Source: Polyangiales bacterium (GTDB lineage: Bacteria > Myxococcota_A > Polyangia > Polyangiales > Ga0077539). Taken from it: 64,000 bases of DNA. This document shows, piece after piece, positions 34,179 to 42,917 of the stretch; within the stretch, counting starts at the first letter, position 1; every line of letters starts with the position of its first letter. Both the position numbers and the translations under genes were made by a program. The stretch is taken from contig JBGARZ010000001.1 of assembly GCA_044229975.1 (NCBI GenBank), forward strand, positions 1,056,001 through 1,120,000, in the 5' to 3' direction. The notes below the pieces were generated by a model. It ran no database searches, was not told where the DNA came from, and saw nothing but the letters and a program-made list of their open reading frames with translations.

Positions 34179-34271
34179 TGGGTACCGTCCACTCCTCTGC
34201 CGGGTCATCCTCGGCCCGGCGCCGAAACCTCGGACGAGGCGCCGCCCCCGTCAACCACCCACAGGAGTTCC

Positions 34272-35408
34272 ATGAGCTCATTCTCTTCGAAGATCGGCGG
34301 CCTTCGCCTGGAGCGCATGCGCGCGTCGGCGCGCTACGTCGACGGTGGCTTCCGCAACGTCCGGCCCGTCTCCCCAGGTCTCAAGAAGGGCACCGTCGGG
34401 CCCACGATGGCGGAGTATCTCTGCGGTGGACAACGGCGCACGCCGCCCGGCCCACTGCCCTCGGTCAACCCGCTCGCGCAGTGGGCGCGACCCGTCGAGA
34501 CGGGCCTGCGCGCAACGTGGCTCGGGCACTCCACCGTGCTCGTCGAGATCGACGGCGCGCGCGTGCTCACCGACCCGGTGTGGGGCGAGCGCGTGTCGCC
34601 CGTGAGCTTCGCGGGGCCCAAGCGCTTTCAGCCTGTTCCCATTCCCCTCGACGCGCTGCCCGCGGTCGACGCGGTCATCGTCTCGCACGACCACTTCGAC
34701 CACCTCGACCACGGCACGGTCGTCGCGCTCGCGAAGCGCGGTGTGCCCTTCTTCACCTCGCTCGGCGTCGGCGCCCACCTGGAGTCGTGGGGCATCCCCG
34801 CGTCGCAGATCACCGAGCTCGACTGGTGGGAGCGCGCCGACGTACCCGGCGCCGACCTCACCATCACGGCCGCTCCGTCGCAGCACTTCTCCGGCCGCGG
34901 CCTCGCCGACCGCAACCGAACGCTCTGGTCATCGTGGTCGGTGCGCGGCCCGAAGCACTCGTTCTTCTTCAGCGGTGATACCGGGCTCACTCCAGAGTAC
35001 GAGGACATCCGCGAGCGCCTCGGCCCTTTCGATCTGGTGATGCTGGAGGTCGGCGCATTTCACGAAGCTTGGGGTGACATCCACCTCGGTCCCGACAACG
35101 CCCTCAAGGCGCTCTCGCTCCTCGGTGGCGGCAGCTTCCTCCCTGTCCACTGGGGAACGTTCAACCTCGCCATGCACGCCTGGGACGACCCCGCCGAGAC
35201 GCTCATCAAGGTCGCGCCCGCGCAGGGGGTTCACCTCGTGATGCCGAGGCTGGGCGAGGCCGTCGAGCCGTTGCGCGTCGAGACCGTCACGCCCTGGTGG
35301 CGCGGCGCTTCGGACGCGAAGGATCCGATCGTCGAAGCTCCCGCGACGGCCGAAGATGGCGCGGCGCTCGGCGCAGCGGGCGCGCCCGTGGAGTGGCCTG
35401 TCGACTGA
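34272..35408 (+). CDS. MBL-fold metallo-hydrolase (RomA/NAPE-PLD-like)
   Basis: TWLGHST, LTDPVW, SHDHFDHLD, QHFSGR, FSGDTG, PVHWGTF. RBS AGGAG. Confidence 0.9.
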   Translation: MSSFSSKIGGLRLERMRASARYVDGGFRNVRPVSPGLKKGTVGPTMAEYLCGGQRRTPPGPLPSVNPLAQWARPVETGLRATWLGHSTVLVEIDGARVLTDPVWGERVSPVSFAGPKRFQPVPIPLDALPAVDAVIVSHDHFDHLDHGTVVALAKRGVPFFTSLGVGAHLESWGIPASQITELDWWERADVPGADLTITAAPSQHFSGRGLADRNRTLWSSWSVRGPKHSFFFSGDTGLTPEYEDIRERLGPFDLVMLEVGAFHEAWGDIHLGPDNALKALSLLGGGSFLPVHWGTFNLAMHAWDDPAETLIKVAPAQGVHLVMPRLGEAVEPLRVETVTPWWRGASDAKDPIVEAPATAEDGAALGAAGAPVEWPVD

Positions 35409-35409
35409 C

Positions 35410-35727
35410 CTACCGCTTCTTGGGTGGCGCCTTGATGTAGCGATCACATCCCGGACATCGTGCCTCGGCCGTGGCCTTCGCGTGCATCGGTCCCACGAGC
35501 CCCGCCCCCACCATGAACACGATGGGCAGCGCCACCAGCCCGGGCCCCTTGGACGCGAGCCCAATCGCGCCCGGGATCGCGATCCAGAGCGCGATCTCCG
35601 CGATGCGCCAGCCGCGGTGTGGCCGCAGCGGGAGCACCCACTTGCGGCACACCTCACACGGCCAGTGAGCGCCCGACGGCGCGGGCAGGTCTCGCGCGTC
35701 GGCTGGCATCTTTGCGGGGTCGGTCAT
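35410..35727 (-). CDS. Small membrane protein with CxxC-hydrophobic hairpin-CxxC layout
   Basis: CEVC, two hydrophobic segments, CPGC. Confidence 0.6.
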   Translation of the reverse strand: MTDPAKMPADARDLPAPSGAHWPCEVCRKWVLPLRPHRGWRIAEIALWIAIPGAIGLASKGPGLVALPIVFMVGAGLVGPMHAKATAEARCPGCDRYIKAPPKKR

Positions 35728-35772
35728 GGCGGCGGTGTGTAGGCTCCCCCCACCCTGCTCGTCCATAGCGCC

Positions 35773-36168
35773 TCAGGGCGCCAGGATGATGACCTTCACC
35801 TGACTCGGCACGATGCGCATGCCGGGGCAGTTGGTGCTGTTCTGGATCGACACGCTCGTGAGCCGCGTCGCCGGCGCGCCGCCCATGAGGCAGGTCACCG
35901 ACGGCAACACATGCCGCGCGGGCCCCATCACCATCCCCGACGCCACGCCCATCGCCACGCCGGGGTTGTCCCCGTTGGACAGCGGGATGGTGGTCAACAG
36001 GTTGTGCGCCGGTAAGCCCATCACCAGCACGTTGTACGCGGCCGGAACGCCCATCGGACCGAGGGCGATGTTGGGGTACGGAATCGGAATCGGACCCGCG
36101 GGCGTGGGCGTCAGGCACACGTCCGGGAAGCCCATGTCCACGCCCATCATCTGGCTGTTGGCAAACAT
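35773..36168 (-). CDS. DUF4150 PAAR-like spike tip protein (TagD-like)
   Basis: MFANSQM..GFPDVCLTP..PIPIPYPNIA, SNGDNPGVA.GVASG, QNSTN..PSQVKV. RBS GAGGAG. Confidence 0.9.
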   Translation of the reverse strand: MFANSQMMGVDMGFPDVCLTPTPAGPIPIPYPNIALGPMGVPAAYNVLVMGLPAHNLLTTIPLSNGDNPGVAMGVASGMVMGPARHVLPSVTCLMGGAPATRLTSVSIQNSTNCPGMRIVPSQVKVIILAP

Positions 36169-36182
36169 CGCGGCTCCTCTCT

Positions 36183-36839
36183 TCAACCGAGTTGGATCTG
36201 CCCGCCGTCGACCTTCACCACCCCATCGGCTGTCATCACCGCGCTCTCGCCGTGGAGGTTCATCACCTGCTCGGCGCGGTAGTCCACCCGCCCCGCGCGC
36301 ACCACGTCGACGTCGTCCACCATCCGCAGCGCCGTCTTCACCCGCTGCGTGAAGTTGCCGAGCACCTGGTCGAGCCGCTGCGCATGCAGCCGCGCCGACG
36401 TGAACTCCGCCTCCACCGTGCGCCCCACCGCGAGCACCTTCTGCACCGCGAGGTCGACCTTCTCGGCCGCCACGCCCACCCGCGCGCTCACCAGCCGCAC
36501 CTCCGTCGGCGACTCCAGCCGCACGCCGCCCGGCGCCGACACCGTCACCGCGCCGTCCCGCGAGCGCACCTTCGCGTCGCCCTCCAGCACCACGTCGCAC
36601 GCCGTCTCGGGCGCGCGCTCCAGCACCGCCAGCACCCACGCCTCGGCGCCCTCCGACCACGCCACGACGCGATCACCGACCGCGGGCTCCAGCAGGCAGC
36701 TCGCCGCGCGCGCACACCGCACCTCGACGGACTGAACACGCACGACGAAGGCGCCCTCCTCCACGCGCACCACGCGTCCCGAGGACGGCTCGAAGGTCGC
36801 GACCAGCGTTGGGGGAATGATCCGCGCGAGGTTGTCCAT
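36183..36839 (-). CDS. DUF3540 domain protein (TagC-like)
   Basis: RAASCLLEPAVGDRV, WVLAVLER, TADGVVKVDGGQIQLG. Confidence 0.88.
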   Translation of the reverse strand: MDNLARIIPPTLVATFEPSSGRVVRVEEGAFVVRVQSVEVRCARAASCLLEPAVGDRVVAWSEGAEAWVLAVLERAPETACDVVLEGDAKVRSRDGAVTVSAPGGVRLESPTEVRLVSARVGVAAEKVDLAVQKVLAVGRTVEAEFTSARLHAQRLDQVLGNFTQRVKTALRMVDDVDVVRAGRVDYRAEQVMNLHGESAVMTADGVVKVDGGQIQLG

Positions 36840-36856
36840 GAGAGGTCTCCGTTGAG

Positions 36857-37906
36857 TCAGTAGCGAGGCTGCCAGGTCTCCGCCTCGGCCAGCGCGTCGT
36901 CGTCGCCCAGCGCCACCGCCCGGTTGCCCCAGACGGTACCGCGATCGATCACGCGGTGCAGCCGCGCGCGAAACATCCTCGACCCCGAGAGGTCGGCCGC
37001 CGAGAGGTCGGCGCGCGAGAAGTCGGCGTAGGTGAGGTCGGCCCCGCGCAGCGTCGCCGAGACCATCGTCGCGTCGTGGAAGATGCACTGCTGGAGGTCG
37101 GCCCCCGTCGCGTCGGCGAGCGAGAGGTCGGCCCCCGACAAGATCGACTGCGCGAAGCGCCCGCCCTTCATCGACGCGCGCTGCATCTTCGCGCCGACGA
37201 AGAGGCACATCGGCGCGATCACCTTGTCCATCGCCGCGTCGGTGAGCACCGCGTCCTTGAAGTTGCACTGCGTGACGTCCGCGCCCTGGAGCTGCGCCCC
37301 CGTGAGGTCGCTGCCCATGAACTGCGTCATCCGCAGCGACAGCCCCTTCAGGTCGATGCCCGTGAGGCGCGAGCTCATCAGCATCATGCGCTCCAGCGTC
37401 GCGCCCGCGAGCGAGGTCTCGCTCAGGTCGACGCCCTGCATCACCGTCGAGGTGAGCGTCGCCCCCGTCAGGTCGAGGCCCAGCGTGTCGGCCTCCACCA
37501 ATGCGCAACGATCGATGCGCGCACCCGTGAGACGAGCGCCGCCGAGGTCGACCCGCGCGAGCGCCGCCGAGACGAGGTTGACGCGAGACAGGTCGGCCCC
37601 GCGCATCGGCCCGACGGTGATGTGCGTCGAGACCATCCCGCACTCTGCCAACACCGCCCCGTTGAACGAACACTCCTGGAAGTTGGCGTGCCGCAGCTCC
37701 GACCCGGTGAGGTCGGCCTCGCTGAAGTCGCAGCGCACGAACACCGACTCGTCGAGCCGCGCGCCCCGCAGCTTCGCGCCGTGGAAGCTCACGCCCTCCA
37801 GCACGCCGCCCACCATCCGCGCGCCATCGAGGTCTTCCCCCTCGCAGCTCGCCTCCCTCACGATCTCCCCGCCGTAGATCAGCGCCTCCAGCTCGGTGCG
37901 GTTCAC
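36857..37906 (-). CDS. Pentapeptide-repeat protein (TagB-like)
   Basis: Continuous A(D/N)Lxx repeats. GTG start overlaps the upstream TGA. Confidence 0.88.
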   Translation of the reverse strand: MNRTELEALIYGGEIVREASCEGEDLDGARMVGGVLEGVSFHGAKLRGARLDESVFVRCDFSEADLTGSELRHANFQECSFNGAVLAECGMVSTHITVGPMRGADLSRVNLVSAALARVDLGGARLTGARIDRCALVEADTLGLDLTGATLTSTVMQGVDLSETSLAGATLERMMLMSSRLTGIDLKGLSLRMTQFMGSDLTGAQLQGADVTQCNFKDAVLTDAAMDKVIAPMCLFVGAKMQRASMKGGRFAQSILSGADLSLADATGADLQQCIFHDATMVSATLRGADLTYADFSRADLSAADLSGSRMFRARLHRVIDRGTVWGNRAVALGDDDALAEAETWQPRY

Positions 37907-40554
37907 GTCGTCGCCCTCCGGGGCAGCACCTTGGCGCGTGTGGTGAGCGCGTCGAGCAGGCTCTTCACGTTGCCCTGCGTGCGCGCGAGGTCGGCCCCGA
38001 AGAGGTTGGTCCCCGTGAGGTCGGCCCGCGTGACGTTGGCGTAGGTGAAAAACGCCTCCATGAAGTTTCCGCCCTGGAGAAACGCATCGGTGAGGTCGGC
38101 CCGCATGAAGCGCGCGCCCTTCGCCTTCACCCGCCACAGCCGCGCCCCGGTGAGGTTGGCCTCCGACAGATCGGCCGACACCAGCGACGCGCGAGAGAGG
38201 TCGGCGCCCGCGAGATCCATCCCTCGCAGCGAGGCCGTGTCGAGCACCGCGTCGACGAGCACCGCGCCCGTCATCAGCGTGCCCATGGCGCAGCGAAGGT
38301 TGACCGCGGAGGCCGAGCGGAGCTTCGCGTCGGTGAGGTCGCACGACATCATCGCGGCCTTGGTGAGCGTCGCGCGATCGAGCGTCACGCCCTCCGCCGA
38401 CGCCTTGAGAAACAGCGCTTCGGTGAGGTCGGCGCCCGACAGGTCGGCCCCGCGCAGGTCGACGAGAAGCAACTGCAGCTTCGGCGCGACGGCATCCACC
38501 AGCCTCGCTCCAACGAGCTTCGCTTCGTAGAGGTCGGCGCCCGAGAGCTGACAGCCATTGAGCGTCGCGCCCGAGAGGTCGGCCTGCGACACGATCGCCG
38601 TGCTGAAGTCCCCCTCCGAGAAGTCGCCGTCGCACAACGTCGCCCGACCCAGGTTGGCGTCCATGAACGACACCCGCTGCGCCTTCACCGACGACAGGTC
38701 GGCGCGCGCCAGCACCGCGCGATCGAAGAGGCAGCTCGTGAGCGTCGCGCCCGCGAAGCTCGCCGCCTCGCACAGCGCGCCCGTGAAGTCTGCGCCTGCG
38801 AGGTCGAGGCCCGACAGGTCGGCGCCCGTCAGGTCCCACCCGCGCATCGGCGCTTGATGCGCGTGCGCTTCGATCACCCTCGCCCGCAGCACGTCGGCCG
38901 CCTCACCCGTCGCCCGCCGCGCTGGCGTCATCATGTGCGCGCCCAGGCGGTAGCCCTCCAGCGAGCGCGCCTCCGCCGTGTCGAGGTCGCGCAGGAAGCG
39001 CTCGTCCGTGAAGATCGCGTCGATCTCCGGCACCGGCACTCCCCCGTTGGCCTCGACCGCCGCCTGCCGCAACGCCGCCAGCTCGTCGCGCAGCTTCGTC
39101 TTCGGCGGACCACCCGCGGTCTCCTCGTGCTTCGCCCGTTGCGCGTCCCAGTCGACGCCGAGCTCCTCGCTCAGTCGTCGGCCCTCGGCCTCCACCTCCT
39201 CCGCCCGCTCGCGCGCCTCCTCTTCCTTCTCGCGGGCGTCACGCTCGACGCGCTCGATCTCCTCGGGGAGGTTCTCCAGGTCGGTCACCGCGGGAGGGCC
39301 CTCGCTCGTGGGGTTCCAGAGCGGATCGATGATGGACTCCGGGTCGATGCCGACGGCCCGCAACTGCGCACGCAGCCCCTCGATCTCACGCTCCTTGCGA
39401 CGCGCCATGTTCTGACCGAGGAAGCCCTCCGTCCGAACGATCTCGTCCATGTCCGTACGATCTTCGTCGGCCACCGACGCGGGCGACAGCCGCGAGCCCT
39501 CGGGCATCAGGTCGCTGTCCTTGAGCGCCGCGAGACCACCGCGCTCGGGGTCGAGCCGCCGCGCCTGCACCGCCTCGTAGTGCTCCAAGGTCTTCGGCTC
39601 ACCCGCGCGCTCGCACGCGACCATCAGGGTCTTCACGTCCGAGGCGTCGTCCTCGGCGACCTCGGTCACACCCCGAAAGAGAAGAATGACCCGCTCGCGG
39701 TGCGGGAAGAACCGCAGCGTCTCCAGCCGCAGCGCCACCTCCGCGAGCTCTCCGCCCGCGCGCGTCACGAAGGCCCGTCCGCGCAGCCCTGGGAGCTTGC
39801 CCGACACCACAGGCTTCGTCGGGTGCATCCCCTCGAACTCGAAGTCCTCGTCCCCCTGGAAGTACCCGTCGATCCATTGGTCGGACGGGGCGCTGTTCCA
39901 CATGGTCCAGTCGACGTCGGCGGCCAGGCCCGGGAAGTCCGTCTTCAGCCACGCGTCGTCGTAGGTGCCCGCCTTGCCCATGCGCTGCGGCCACGCGATG
40001 TCCGTCGCCGACAGCCCCACCGGCTCGGCGCGATCGCGCGGCGAGTGAACCCGCTTGTCGGGGTGCTCCACGTTGGGCAACCAGTGCACGGGACCATGCG
40101 CGGTCTCCACCGGGCGATGTCCACGACCCACCGGGTTGGTCGGCAGCTCAGAACCGCCGTAGGCCCGCGCCCACGACACCGGCATCTCCGTGAACGGCTG
40201 AATCTGCGACACGCCCTCGGACACCGGCTCCCAGTAGCGGTCGCCGGTCACCAGCAGCCGCTTCTCCCGCGCGCCCACTCTCGCCCGCACCATCACCGCG
40301 GGTCGCGCCACGCCGCCGCTCGCAAACGCGCTGCCGTCCACGATCCACTCGCCGCGGGGCTTCGGCATCCCGAGGTCGAGCACGCCGTCGGCGATCTCCT
40401 TGCCGACAGACTTCCACATCGAGGCGTCGGTGAGCACACCCGTCGACGGCGGAAACGGGAGGTACAGCATCACCCCCACCGAAAGAACGCTGCGATCGCG
40501 GTGCGAGAAGGGGCGAACGAACACCCCCACCTTCATGGGTTTCAGGGTCTTCAT
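37903..40554 (-). CDS. DUF2169 domain plus pentapeptide repeats (TagAB-like T6SS accessory protein)
   Basis: MKTLKP, LDLGMPK..E, GDRYW, WARAYGG, NPVGRG, GTYDDAW, NSAPSDQ, GMHP. C-terminal pentapeptide repeats. Confidence 0.92.
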   Translation of the reverse strand: MKTLKPMKVGVFVRPFSHRDRSVLSVGVMLYLPFPPSTGVLTDASMWKSVGKEIADGVLDLGMPKPRGEWIVDGSAFASGGVARPAVMVRARVGAREKRLLVTGDRYWEPVSEGVSQIQPFTEMPVSWARAYGGSELPTNPVGRGHRPVETAHGPVHWLPNVEHPDKRVHSPRDRAEPVGLSATDIAWPQRMGKAGTYDDAWLKTDFPGLAADVDWTMWNSAPSDQWIDGYFQGDEDFEFEGMHPTKPVVSGKLPGLRGRAFVTRAGGELAEVALRLETLRFFPHRERVILLFRGVTEVAEDDASDVKTLMVACERAGEPKTLEHYEAVQARRLDPERGGLAALKDSDLMPEGSRLSPASVADEDRTDMDEIVRTEGFLGQNMARRKEREIEGLRAQLRAVGIDPESIIDPLWNPTSEGPPAVTDLENLPEEIERVERDAREKEEEARERAEEVEAEGRRLSEELGVDWDAQRAKHEETAGGPPKTKLRDELAALRQAAVEANGGVPVPEIDAIFTDERFLRDLDTAEARSLEGYRLGAHMMTPARRATGEAADVLRARVIEAHAHQAPMRGWDLTGADLSGLDLAGADFTGALCEAASFAGATLTSCLFDRAVLARADLSSVKAQRVSFMDANLGRATLCDGDFSEGDFSTAIVSQADLSGATLNGCQLSGADLYEAKLVGARLVDAVAPKLQLLLVDLRGADLSGADLTEALFLKASAEGVTLDRATLTKAAMMSCDLTDAKLRSASAVNLRCAMGTLMTGAVLVDAVLDTASLRGMDLAGADLSRASLVSADLSEANLTGARLWRVKAKGARFMRADLTDAFLQGGNFMEAFFTYANVTRADLTGTNLFGADLARTQGNVKSLLDALTTRAKVLPRRATT

Positions 40555-40563
40555 GCCACCGTC

Positions 40564-42897
40564 TCAGATCATGACGGCCATCGCGAGCACCACGATGTGC
40601 CCCGCCGACAGCTCCGTCTCGAAGCCGACGAACTCCGCCGCCGAGCCGTACCCGGTGACCTTCAAGCCGGTGTCCTCGACCTTGAAGCCCACGGCCTCCA
40701 CCGCGATGCCCGTCAGGATGTCGATCTTCGCGATCACGTGCGAGAGCGCCATCATGTTCATCTTCACGGCCATCAGTCCGGCCTCGAACTTGTTGCCCGC
40801 GAGGTGGTGCTGCTCGGTGTCGGCCATCATCTCGTCGGGCCGCGTGATGGTGCGCGTCGTCCGCGACATCATGCTGAAGCGGGGCCCGTTGATGGTGATG
40901 CTCGCGGCCTTGATGAGCGCGCCGCTCTTGATGTTCCACTCCAGCGTCCCGTCGCGCTGAATGGACGCCCCGGTGTTGAACAGCTCGCTCGCGCACTCGG
41001 TGGTCCAGTCGCCGCCCACGCGCGTGGTCTGCGTCCCGTGCTGCTCGGAGAGCGCCGCGCGCACGTGCGTCTCCTGCGTGGCGCACTTCTCCTCGGTGTG
41101 CGTCTTCACGTTGGTGGTCTGCGTCGCGAGGTAGGTCTCCTGGCAGTGCGCCGTCACCGCGACGATGTGGTCGACGTGGTACTTCTCGTCGACCGCCCCC
41201 GTGACCTCGGTGCGCTTGGTCTGGTCGTAGTCCTCCAGCACCGTGCCGTGCACGTGCTCGTACTTCTCGCCGCCCACCGTCACGTTGTAGTCGGCGCCCG
41301 TGCGGATGAGCCCCGTCCCATCGGTGCTCGTCACGTAGTTGTGATCGTGCGACCCGTGGTGCTTGCCCAGGTGCATGAAGGTGTTTTGCGGCGGCGTCGA
41401 CAGGTCGATGTACTGGTTGGGGAGCTGGTCCTCCATCTCCAGCCGACTGTTGCCGCCCGTGTGAAACACGTTCTGCGTGTGGTTGGACTCCGTCACCGGC
41501 GAGAGCGTGTCGCTGTTGGGAACCGCCGCCGTGATGACGGGTCGATCGGGGTCACCACCCACGAAGGAGAGCAGAACCTCGGTGCCCTTGCGCAGCGGTA
41601 GATGCCATCCCTCGGGCGCGCCCGCGTGCGGTTGGAGCATCCGCACCCGCGTGGAGTTCTCGCCATCGGCCGCGGTGTTCTCGTCGAGGTGTACCTTCAC
41701 GAGGTACTGCCCGTGCTCGTCGAGCTGCGCGTACTCGCTGTCCGCGGGCCCATCGACGAAGGCCACCGTCACCCCCGCCACGCGCGGCCGCGGCGTCTTC
41801 AGCGCCGGGCGAAATTGCACGTCGTCGAAGGTCAGCGTCAGCGCCGTCCAGAGCGAGTGCCCGTCGGCGCGTACCCGCTGCGGCAACCACCCATCGATGG
41901 CTCCGGAGTCGTCGATGATGCGCCCGTGGCTGGCCAGCGCGATGCACTGATAGCGGCGGTTGTGCCGGTCGCTCGGGTGCTCCACCAGCGCGAAGCGGCG
42001 CCCAGGGATCACGCCGACGATGAGCCCCTCGGCGCGCTGCGTGTCCTGCCGCGCGAGCTCGGACTGCGCGCGGATCTCCGACAGTGCCGCGCCGCGCGTG
42101 GTGATGTCGTCTTCGAGGTGCCGCCTCAGCTCGCCCGCCCCGAGCGGGTCGATCGGCGTCGTGCCGTTGGGAATCTGCGCCGGCCCGAGCGGATCGTGGT
42201 CGGTGAGCAGCACCTTCGCCGATCGTGCGCCACGCGCCGCGCGGAAGTACCGCACGCCCTCCTGTCCGCTCGCGCCCGCGTCGGTCTCCGGGACGTAGCG
42301 CAGCGTCGGCGTCTCGGCGTCCTCCTGGCGAGCCATGTCGTCCAGGTAGACGAGCTTGTCGCCCGCGTCGGTGTGCTCGAAGAAGTAGTAGATGCCTTCG
42401 CGCTCGAACCACCGCGAGAGGAAGTCGAAGTCGCTCTCACGGTACTGGCAGACGTGGGCGATGGGATCGTTGCCGCCACGCAGCCGGTCGTCGAAGTTCG
42501 CCGCGTGAAAGCCCGCCTTGCGAAACACGTCGGCGATGATCTGCTTCAGGGTCTTGTTGGCCCACACCCGACTGTGGCGCGAGAGCTTGAGCTTCCAGAA
42601 CGTCGGCACCAGCTCGCCCACGTAGAGCGACGCGCCGCCGACTCCCTCCTGCAACAGTTCGAGCGAAGCCCAGATGCCCTGCACCTGTCGACGGAGGCTC
42701 CCGTCCGCGGCGTGAAAGGCCAGCGCACCCGACTGCAAGAGCACCGTCTCCGGGTCGAGCTCCTCGGCCGCCGAGCCGGGGACGGTCATCCACACGCGAT
42801 ACGAGAAGGGCTCGGAGATGGACTCCTCGCCGTCGTAGGCCACCGCGCGCGTGCCCGCCGGCAGGGCGCCCGACTCGATGCTGAAGGTCTCGGCCAT
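40564..42897 (-). CDS. vgrG: T6SS spike protein VgrG (third in operon, 777 aa)
   Basis: GEESISEPF, HVCQYRESDFDFLSR..EREGIYYFF, DEHGQY.V, PLRKGTEV..F.GGDPDRPVI, beta-helix repeats. Confidence 0.93.
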   Translation of the reverse strand: MAETFSIESGALPAGTRAVAYDGEESISEPFSYRVWMTVPGSAAEELDPETVLLQSGALAFHAADGSLRRQVQGIWASLELLQEGVGGASLYVGELVPTFWKLKLSRHSRVWANKTLKQIIADVFRKAGFHAANFDDRLRGGNDPIAHVCQYRESDFDFLSRWFEREGIYYFFEHTDAGDKLVYLDDMARQEDAETPTLRYVPETDAGASGQEGVRYFRAARGARSAKVLLTDHDPLGPAQIPNGTTPIDPLGAGELRRHLEDDITTRGAALSEIRAQSELARQDTQRAEGLIVGVIPGRRFALVEHPSDRHNRRYQCIALASHGRIIDDSGAIDGWLPQRVRADGHSLWTALTLTFDDVQFRPALKTPRPRVAGVTVAFVDGPADSEYAQLDEHGQYLVKVHLDENTAADGENSTRVRMLQPHAGAPEGWHLPLRKGTEVLLSFVGGDPDRPVITAAVPNSDTLSPVTESNHTQNVFHTGGNSRLEMEDQLPNQYIDLSTPPQNTFMHLGKHHGSHDHNYVTSTDGTGLIRTGADYNVTVGGEKYEHVHGTVLEDYDQTKRTEVTGAVDEKYHVDHIVAVTAHCQETYLATQTTNVKTHTEEKCATQETHVRAALSEQHGTQTTRVGGDWTTECASELFNTGASIQRDGTLEWNIKSGALIKAASITINGPRFSMMSRTTRTITRPDEMMADTEQHHLAGNKFEAGLMAVKMNMMALSHVIAKIDILTGIAVEAVGFKVEDTGLKVTGYGSAAEFVGFETELSAGHIVVLAMAVMI

Positions 42898-42917
42898 GGC
42901 TTCGTCCGCTCCCCGTC

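Noticed and set aside
36857..40554. Qnr/MfpA-type quinolone resistance genes
   Set aside because: The pentapeptide repeats are fused to DUF2169 and embedded in a vgrG operon, consistent with T6SS accessory proteins.
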